Source: a virus
Lineage: Duplodnaviria; Caudoviricetes
Length of the DNA stretch: 64,000 nt
Reading direction: 5' to 3' (one strand)
IMG/VR virus record: IMGVR_UViG_3300030330_002183
Location: 45,935 to 109,934 of that record
The notes under the pieces are model-generated. The model made no database searches. It had not been told where the DNA came from and worked only from the letters and a program-made list of their open reading frames with translations. The position numbers and the translations under genes were made by a program. Of the stretch, positions 45,901 to 53,800 are shown piece after piece; position 1 is the stretch's first letter; every line of letters begins with the position of its first letter.

Positions 45901-48342
45901 CTTTCCACCATAATCAGGAATAAAACCTTGCTCTCCTCTTAACCATCCTTTTAAATCAAATCCACCTTGTGCTTTGTATAATGGTTGTCCACCTTTTCCA
46001 AATGTATAAGATGCTCCAAACGTTGTTGGTGCAAACGGATCCTTAATTACATTATCTCTTCTAACATTAAAATTTAGTTTATCACCAACATCAAATGAAA
46101 GACCTAAACCAATACCTTTTCCGTAAGGACTTCCTTTTGTATTTCCTGTAGCAAAAACACCTGCTCTTTGATTATTACCTAAACCAACATTTACACCAGC
46201 TTTACCACTTAAATATGGATTTAAATAATGTACTTGGTTAAATTTCATTTGATCTCTTGGTATAGTTACACCATCAAAACCCATTGAAATTATATTAGTT
46301 CCTGCATAAGGATTATATGGTGTTGCAACATTACCAACTCCCCATCCTGCACCAGCACGTCCTTCTGCAAACATGTTAGTTCCACTTTGATCACCAGAAC
46401 TAATTCCTTTCGTAAAGTCTAAGTTTGCTACTGTATTTTTACCAGATCTTCCATCCACTAAAAAGTCTTGATAGTTATCCGGTGTATAAAAAGATTCTGC
46501 ACTAAAAGGCACATTTAGATTTCTAGTACCTGTTGGGACACCGTGGTAATCTGCTGTAAGCTTACCAGGATTAACTCCAAAATTAAAACCGGAGTATTCT
46601 TGATTATCAAAACCTGAATAAATAGAAGGGGATGTATTAATATTTCTATTTGTAAGTAATAAATCAGGTCTTTGATCATTACCAAAATTTAAAGCAAGAT
46701 TTGTATTATCTAAATCAAAAGCTCCTTTGTCTTGATAAGAAGGTAATGACCCACCATTTCTCATTTCTTCTTTATGAAGATAACCCATTTTTTTCATACG
46801 TAAATGATCTTCATACTTTTCAGCCATGTAGCCTTTTCCAGTTTTTGGATCATACATCATATGTGGTTCAAACTTTTCTTCACCACCATCTTGTCTATTA
46901 AGATAACCTAAATTAATATCAAAATTTTTCTGAAGTCTTCTTCCAAACTTAGTATTATCTAGTAGAGCATTAAGACCATAATTAATAAGCCCACCTTTTA
47001 TTCCATCTTTTAATCCTTGTTTTAAGCCAGCACCTAAATCTTGTCTATATTGCTCTTTAGTTTTTCCACCTACTTGACCCATATAGTAATCAGGACTCAT
47101 ACCAAAATACTCTCCAGCAAAAAAGTCTTGTTTATTTGGAGTAAAGTTTTCAAACTGAGGGCATGTATTATTCTCACAATAATCTATATAACTTGTATAA
47201 CCACCAGCATTACCAGGTCTAGCAAACATTGCATCCATATTAGTATTATACAATTCCCATGCGTCATTTTTTCTATTATACTGAGTAATCATTTGAGGGA
47301 CTGTTCTTGCCAAAATACTACCAAGTGCAGTTGTACCTGCTACTTTTAAAGATTGATTTAAATTAGATCTTCCTCTATTAGAACCCATATATCCAAACTG
47401 AGCTTTTGGTAATAAGTTAGATAATTGACCTCCACGTTTAGCCATGGCAGGTTGCATATTAGGTTGCATATTAGGTTGCATGTTTGGTTGCATTGCCATC
47501 ATCTCTTGACCAGGAGCTGGTGCAGGCATATTAGCTTGTGATGGAGGTAACATACCTTGTTCTGCCAACATGTTTTGTTCTTGCTGTCTTCTTTGCTGCT
47601 CTTCCATCATTTGTTTTGCACTAAGTAATTGCATTCTTTGTTCAAATGGAAGTTGTACTAACATTTGTAATTCAGCTTCTTTTCTAGATATATCTTGAAC
47701 TTGTTGTGAAAATTGTAGTGGATCAATACCTTTTTCAGATAAGTATGGATATGCAGCTAATGGAACACCATCTTCAAATTCTTTTTTTGCTTCTTGTAGA
47801 AATGCTATTTGAGATAAAGCTCTTTTATTTTTACCTATCATATACTCAGCTGTATCTCTTGTTATATTATCTGAAGACTCATCATCTAATAATCCCATAA
47901 AATTATTAAGTTGATACTTTTTAGAAACAGCAGCAGGAGTTAATTTTTTCTTTGACTCTAACCCCATTTCAGCAAGTTCAAATTTACTAAATTTCATTGC
48001 TGGTGTGTCAGAGTAAATAAATGATTGAGGTGGAAGATTTAACGGAGTACCACCTTGATGATGTCTTTTACCTTGTATTTCATATAACTCAAAGTTCCCA
48101 TCATTGTTAAGATCAGTAAGGACGGTCTCACCTTTCTCAGCTTCTAGATTAGCTTCATCTCTAGGAACAGCATTAATAGAATAATTAACCTTAGATGTTG
48201 GATCTTCAGTTGCAAACGGATCTAAATGTGGATATGTTACTAATCCAAAATCTGACTGATCACCAGTAGTACCTCCGTCTTTGTACACTTTTCCATTTAT
48301 AATAGAAAAGCCAGCTGGTAATTTATTAATGTTTACTTTCAT
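42931..48342 (-). CDS. Modular virion/cargo protein (1803 aa) punctuated by Gly-Gly motifs
   Basis: N-terminal EAEKGE...GKRHHQGG.P domain; FEPHMMYDPKTGKGY mini-domain; motifs KRGG..LPKAQFG, RNGGSLPSYQ, KGG..YKAQGG, RYGAELPKAFGG, FKRGG; Ala/Gln-rich coiled C-terminus. Confidence 0.7.
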   Translation of the reverse strand: MKVNINKLPAGFSIINGKVYKDGGTTGDQSDFGLVTYPHLDPFATEDPTSKVNYSINAVPRDEANLEAEKGETVLTDLNNDGNFELYEIQGKRHHQGGTPLNLPPQSFIYSDTPAMKFSKFELAEMGLESKKKLTPAAVSKKYQLNNFMGLLDDESSDNITRDTAEYMIGKNKRALSQIAFLQEAKKEFEDGVPLAAYPYLSEKGIDPLQFSQQVQDISRKEAELQMLVQLPFEQRMQLLSAKQMMEEQQRRQQEQNMLAEQGMLPPSQANMPAPAPGQEMMAMQPNMQPNMQPNMQPAMAKRGGQLSNLLPKAQFGYMGSNRGRSNLNQSLKVAGTTALGSILARTVPQMITQYNRKNDAWELYNTNMDAMFARPGNAGGYTSYIDYCENNTCPQFENFTPNKQDFFAGEYFGMSPDYYMGQVGGKTKEQYRQDLGAGLKQGLKDGIKGGLINYGLNALLDNTKFGRRLQKNFDINLGYLNRQDGGEEKFEPHMMYDPKTGKGYMAEKYEDHLRMKKMGYLHKEEMRNGGSLPSYQDKGAFDLDNTNLALNFGNDQRPDLLLTNRNINTSPSIYSGFDNQEYSGFNFGVNPGKLTADYHGVPTGTRNLNVPFSAESFYTPDNYQDFLVDGRSGKNTVANLDFTKGISSGDQSGTNMFAEGRAGAGWGVGNVATPYNPYAGTNIISMGFDGVTIPRDQMKFNQVHYLNPYLSGKAGVNVGLGNNQRAGVFATGNTKGSPYGKGIGLGLSFDVGDKLNFNVRRDNVIKDPFAPTTFGASYTFGKGGQPLYKAQGGFDLKGWLRGEQGFIPDYGGKSTTETYQDHSETVQKYADYAAMTGIPGVSQIGGYTSAAIDGIDAGIAYSKGDYDTANKELMKATTGVVLSSIPGGKTVTGLTKAAVKENAKNLAKGTIKSGVKTEIKDTIDGDSNITGVVDAFTPSAEKSTNMTQNLNTQDDAEEMKLVTRYGAELPKAFGGMDIKFDIMNNMRVKEYQKNNPTPETPGARSAPQILNSPIVPNQEQLFEQYQAEQLKLMEEYNNTMTNQMNQFAAAYQPPSIEEQMMMLGASQNSQVIDEETVEFWKNHIEQGGTAPNEPDVNYSKAYEEIYGELPDYSNNNNNDNNSSSDRVTNVYNITQTPPNDDTPSGYVNNTNFRVPNDDESDIMTNTGRAAGIPLDYVNADSPYYVGSQWSFLNGGEPQFKRGGDVVMTGPDGTEYTAKDLKKLKRRNPEKFAALFTYAKNEEAQKVMDEINSMRVDTEGSEEVITYTDSGNVDWIENLKNDPEYQDAFYNEYVNYRKAKKKGPKNVLSKEEFIENYIKFQQQNRWMNENLSQEDLSNPGWDRLYEYTPCGPNDKGCVTIDGKKWKKGTDKKDPNWRYKQAMDEAGMEAFDEDMVSHMQAGFIGGKILELDDNDKQQLYATGVDDQTITLNGQTFSISGDDGFYGNTTNRELQGNVNVTPAVEAVPCSNAAEMEAACTEAGGTWTPYTPAVTDENGSVTTPASGCECDKQINITPQTEPTPKDTPFWLQDELGLANARDAKLSLQKRYPWSPFYNQPEIDAVFKDPTREIAAIGEQAAQAAEVAKSFGSGAGRGMAAALAAQGEANKAIANAINQVQSDNVTVANQMNIKNAELEYKTQMLNNNEKKQLYDNTVLVEENYDNALRKANAAITQQLQNAYTNRANTANLNSIYPQFDIDPSTGGIINITDPKAFYADPNYTDPKTAIGEYAAARDEYFKTFQTYDGFPDFEMPDNSKAGQTTTGQQLTDVITNAGYQGGARTGKEMRILRSGAELRNFFLPFGK
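47449..47487 (-). repeat. 12-bp tandem repeat encoding (MQPN)x3
   Basis: aggttgcatatt repeated twice plus a variant copy, inside a Q/M/P-rich linker. Confidence 0.7.
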
Positions 48343-48344
48343 AA

Positions 48345-50804
48345 TTATAATATTGTTATATCTGCTCCCGCAGCAACTAATTGTTTATATGTATTTATAT
48401 CTATATCTATAGATCCTCCTGATTTATAGAAACTTCCTCCTCTTTTTGCTGATTGTGTAGTACCAGAAATAACTTTATCATCTGGTCTAAATATACCAGT
48501 ATTAGGATCATAGTTACCTTTATTACCTGATGTATCTGCATCTGTAGCAGCAAATATATTATCTGCTAAAAATGCATTGTTCATCATATCAACTTTTTGT
48601 TTTCTTTCATTAAGAGATCTTGCTATTTTAGTAATAGGTTTTGACATATTAATTGCCATATTACTAATCTTACTATATGTTTGAACTGGTTTACTATCAG
48701 CTACTCTTAACATAGTATTATATGCTCTAGTTCCAAAACTTGGTTTTTCACTTGCTAATTCAATAGCATCTGCTCTATCAGATCTCATCTGTGCTTCTGC
48801 TGCTTCTGACTCATCATATGCATCCATAGCTGCTAAATCACCATCAAAACCTAATTCCATAGATCTATCATATCTATCTAGATTTTCTTGAGTTCCCTGA
48901 TACTCTGGTATATTACTCATCTGTTCTTCTAAGTTTGCACTAAACTCTTCTGACTGTTGTTGCATTTGTTCTGCAGATGGTATAATTGTTGCATTAGAAC
49001 CAGTTCCCATTAATCTACCTTGACTTTCTGCTATTGTATAATCCATTGCGTCCATTGTATTTTGTAACTCTGGAGACGGGCTAAAATCTACTTCTGGAAG
49101 ATTTAATGGGTTTGTGTCAACCTGATTCATACTTAAAGAAGGATTTTCTAATCTTTTATTCATATCTGCAGTAAATGCTTTAAAGCTATCCATTGATCTT
49201 TGAACTGCTTGTGAATTAGCATACATTTGTGCATCAGTCATAGGTTTGTATTGATCCTCAGCAGTTGGTGCACCCAATACAGGAGTATTTAAAAGACCAG
49301 CAGGATTATTTAATGTTGGACCTGGAGTAGTAAAAGGTGAAATTTGATTACCTGATAAACTATATCCTGAAAATGTTGGAGTAAACATTCCTTGTGTTGG
49401 TGTACTAAATTCTCCTAATGATTGATATTTTGGTAAGCCACCACCATACCTTGCAAGATTAGGTGGAATGTCTTGAAGATCTTCAACACCTGGTGCATTT
49501 GGATCTACGGGTGCATCTACTGGTTCTGCAGGAATATATGGAATAGCTTGTTGTAACTCTGGTTCAGAATTATTAAGAGGTATTTCTGTAACTTGAATTG
49601 TTGGCATTGTTATAGGTTGATTCATTGGATTAGCCATTGATCTTTGCCATTCTATAGAATCATCGTCTCTATTGAAAGGTGTACTTGATCCTTCAAAGTT
49701 TGTTGATACAAATGAATCATCTTGACCTTCTATATTAATATCTCCTTGTGGACCTATATAATTAGGATCTCCTGATCCTTCTACTCTTTGTAAATAGTCA
49801 TATGGATTTGAGCTACCATCACTTCTTTGTGTATAACCTAAATATTCTGCATCTCTGTATTTCTCCTCTAATAAATCTCCTTGTTTAGCTCCAGAAAATC
49901 TACCGTATGTTTTACCTTTACCTGTAAGTTCATATAAATCATAATCAAAATCTTTAACCTTACCATACATATCACGTCTACCCTTTCTTCTTTCATTAAG
50001 AAAGTTTACCATATCTTCTTCACGTATCTCTTCTTCATCTTTTAAATATTTACCAGGGTTATAAGCCATTTTAAGCCTATCCTCTTCATTGTAATATAAG
50101 TCTTGATCAGATACATTTCTTACAGTATATTTCATGTAATCTTCTTTGCTGCCAGGATCATAATAGTTTTTACCTTTAAAACTTTTTACTCCTCTTTCAA
50201 CAGCATCTACTAATTCTAAAAATGGATTATCTCCTATACCAGAAAGTATAGTTGCTTCATCAGGATTTTTAAAACTTAAATCATTTTCAGCTTGATTAGC
50301 AAGCCTTTGAGCTTTTTCCAAATCTGTTAAATCCTCATCATTTTCATTATTAGTATTATCTTCTACATTAACATTTTCATCATTATTTCCTTCTGTATTT
50401 TCTTCTGTATTAAATCTTGATTCAAATTCTTCTTCACTTTCATTTTCTGATCTAGTTGTATATTGTTTACCATTCCAAGTAAAAGTCTTTTCACCTGCAT
50501 CTCTAGCTTGTCTATAAGCTTGACTAAATGTTAAACCTGTTCCAGGATCAGTTGTTCCACTACCTTGACCTTCGTCATTGCTTGCTATTTCCCAATTACC
50601 TTGTGGATCTACAGTAGCCATCTGCAAAACACCATTTTCATCTTCCCAGTATGCACTACCATGTTCTATAACAGCATTATCTGGAATACCATTACCATCA
50701 GAATCATTTGTATTAGTTTCACTAGATCCTTCATCACCTTGATATTTAGGTAATGAACCGCCCAGCTTTGCTAACATTAAATATGGATTGGTATTAAAAA
50801 ACAT
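48345..50804 (-). CDS. Acidic modular virion/cargo protein (819 aa) with Gly-Gly motifs
   Basis: KLGGSLPKYQG, RYGGGLPKYQS and KRGGSFYKSGG; FSQAYRQARDAGEKTFTWNGKQYTT mini-domain; low-complexity linkers. Confidence 0.7.
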   Translation of the reverse strand: MFFNTNPYLMLAKLGGSLPKYQGDEGSSETNTNDSDGNGIPDNAVIEHGSAYWEDENGVLQMATVDPQGNWEIASNDEGQGSGTTDPGTGLTFSQAYRQARDAGEKTFTWNGKQYTTRSENESEEEFESRFNTEENTEGNNDENVNVEDNTNNENDEDLTDLEKAQRLANQAENDLSFKNPDEATILSGIGDNPFLELVDAVERGVKSFKGKNYYDPGSKEDYMKYTVRNVSDQDLYYNEEDRLKMAYNPGKYLKDEEEIREEDMVNFLNERRKGRRDMYGKVKDFDYDLYELTGKGKTYGRFSGAKQGDLLEEKYRDAEYLGYTQRSDGSSNPYDYLQRVEGSGDPNYIGPQGDINIEGQDDSFVSTNFEGSSTPFNRDDDSIEWQRSMANPMNQPITMPTIQVTEIPLNNSEPELQQAIPYIPAEPVDAPVDPNAPGVEDLQDIPPNLARYGGGLPKYQSLGEFSTPTQGMFTPTFSGYSLSGNQISPFTTPGPTLNNPAGLLNTPVLGAPTAEDQYKPMTDAQMYANSQAVQRSMDSFKAFTADMNKRLENPSLSMNQVDTNPLNLPEVDFSPSPELQNTMDAMDYTIAESQGRLMGTGSNATIIPSAEQMQQQSEEFSANLEEQMSNIPEYQGTQENLDRYDRSMELGFDGDLAAMDAYDESEAAEAQMRSDRADAIELASEKPSFGTRAYNTMLRVADSKPVQTYSKISNMAINMSKPITKIARSLNERKQKVDMMNNAFLADNIFAATDADTSGNKGNYDPNTGIFRPDDKVISGTTQSAKRGGSFYKSGGSIDIDINTYKQLVAAGADITIL

Positions 50805-50823
50805 ATAGTTACAGTTTACTTTA

Positions 50824-50836
50824 ATAATATACTAAA
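50824..50836 (-). promoter_or_regulatory. Putative phage promoter, TTTAGTATATTAT
   Basis: Intergenic copy of the GTATATTAT motif, 20 nt upstream of the 50804 start. Confidence 0.5.
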
Positions 50837-50851
50837 TTATCAGCAGATATG

Positions 50852-53800
50852 CTAATTATTTGTACCACTATTCATTAAGTTCATTATATCTAATGCATTA
50901 CTATCCGTACCTCTATACTCATTGTAATACATTCTATTTAATTTATCATAGAGTTTTTTAGCTGACTTTTCTTGATTAGTATTTTTATAAAGACCCTCTA
51001 CATAATCTTTATAAAATTGTATTTGATTATTTAATCCAAACTCTCCACCTCTAGAAAAACCAAAAATTGTAGATAAGAAAGTAGGTAATACAGTATTATG
51101 TGCAGCTTCAACAGCTGCACCTTGTATAGTCTCAGAAGTATTTTGATATTCACCTTTTATAATTACATTCTTGTCAATATTATTAATGTCTGTTTCTCTC
51201 AATGTAACTAATGGAATATTTGCATTTACTAATCTAGCATAGTCATCAGATTTAGTACCTGGTCTCCATGTTTTAGCTACTTCATGATATATATCAAAAT
51301 CAGATGAATTCTTTTTATCTCTTGAAATTTGATTTTTATATCTTTCTCCTAATATAATTGCAGTTGCTATTGCAGAATATTCAGGATCCATTAATAAACT
51401 ATTATCAATATCATATTTATGATACTGAACTTCTCCTAACCTATTTACATAAACTCTTCCTTTATTATTATTAGATGTAGCTTGAGAATATAAATCAGTT
51501 CCATTTCTTTGATCATATGATTGTAAAGTATTTAAATCATCTTGTGATAATACTGTTTCTATTTTATTTGTAAATTTAGTATCATATTTACTATCATATC
51601 TTGCTAAAGCTTCTCTTTCATTTGGACCAGTATTACCATCACCAACTCTTAATTGTGTCCATCCTACACTATTTGAAGGATCATTTTGAAATGCTATATT
51701 ATATTTTCTTTCAACACTTCCTGATCCTACAGGATTTAAACCTACACCAAATTTATTTAATATTGATACTCCAGTTTTTCTTCCTAACTTAAGTATATCT
51801 TCACCTAATGGATTTATATCTCCCATACCACTTTCATTAGCATATATACCAAATGATACTAATGCTAAATCATTATATAAGTCACCATCTATATTTATAG
51901 TCTCCATTACACGTTTTTTATTTTCTGCTAATGAATTTAAAAATGGTTGTGTGTGCTCTGTAAATTCTTTATTTAAATTTATTACACTACCATCAGCTTG
52001 TACATAAGGATTATTAGCTCCCTCTGATTGATGTAATGATTTATCAAATTCAAACATAATAGGATTATAATTACCAAAGTTAGTAGTAACATTAATACCT
52101 GGTCCACCTTCTACAAACTCACCTTCATCTCCACCTTTACCACTATATCTATTTTTATTGTTTTCAGTCTTATAAAATCCTTTACGTGCTCTTTCTTGAT
52201 TTTCTCTTTTAGTGTAAAAGTTTATCTTACCATTTTCATATACAAAAGAACTACCTGAATCTTCGTTTTCTGGTAACACATAAACTTCAGTCCCTTTAGT
52301 AATATCAGGATTTTCATATAATGATTGTAAATCTTCACACTTACCATTTATACAACCAGAAGTTAATCTATTGTTATATGGATTATTATCATATAGTGAT
52401 GCTGTTCTACCTCTTGTTACACCATGTATAGCAAGTGCTTGTTCTACACCTTGTTCATTAACTAAGTTAAATGATGGTACTAATTCTCCTGGTGCAGCAT
52501 CACCACGGTATGATCTACCACCATCTGCATTAGTTTCAGAAATAGTATATTTTCCTGCACCTGTCATTCTGTTACCTGCATAATAATCTGTAGAACTAGT
52601 GTATAAAGGTTTACCATCTAATTTAATACTTAATAATTCTCTAATGTTTTTAACACCATTATCTTCCATGTGTTGATTAAGTTCATCTTGAGTTAACTTC
52701 TTACCTTGATAAAAGTAATCAGATTTTGTAACTGTTGCTTGATCTCCTACCATTGTACCTGTAAGAATATCATATGATTCTCTTGGTTGAGTATCACCAG
52801 GATAAATTAAATGCATCTTACTTTTTGATTTATCAATCACTAAATATGGTTTAGCAGTATTTTTATTTACTGTTATTTTTTGATTAACTAAAATTTTGCT
52901 AGGATCACTAATATTATTATCAGTAACTAAAGTATTTAAAGGAACTCCAAAATCAGATGCTATTCGTGATAGTGTATCACCTTCTTTTACTGTATATATA
53001 TTTGTTGTACTTGTTGATTTATCAAAATCATTTTTACCTTTAATTATAGTTTGTAAATTATTATAAGTATTTATTTCTTGAATATTTTGTTTTTTACCAC
53101 CTACAATTTTATATCTACCTGTTTCAGAATCATATTCTCTTTCTACCCAAATATCATTTACAGGAGAAGGTGTGTTTACAACTACGCTATCTGTATTAGT
53201 TACTGGTGATTTAGCAATATCTTCTTGTTTTTTTATATCATCATTTCTTTCAAACTTAGCATGTTCAGGTAAAAGTATTTGATCTCCAGGATAAATTCTA
53301 TTAATTGCATCACCTGTAATATTATTTAATTTTGCTACCTCAGTTAAATTTAAATGATACTTACTAGCAATTTCTCCTAGTGTATCACCTCTTTGCACTG
53401 TATGAAATAATTTAGGTTTACCACTAACATCATATTCTCTAGTTTCATTATCAAAATAAATTTTTTCACCTGGATAAATAACGTAGTCTTTTCTGTCTTT
53501 AAGTTGTGGATTAAATTGCATAACTTCATCTAATGTGTAACCAGCATCTCTTGCAATTTTTCCTAAATAATCACCTTCTTTTACTGAGACAGATCCACCT
53601 GTACGCATTATGGGTTGCTTTATTAAACCTCTTAGTTCTAATTCTTTTTTAGCAATTCCAGATATTTCTTTTCCACTATTATATAATTCAAGTTGTTGTT
53701 TAAGTCTATTCATTTTTTTCATAAACTCACCACCTAATTTTGATTCTTGTAGTAGTCCTTTTTTAAACTTTTCAATATATTCTCCAGGAGTTTTATTTTT

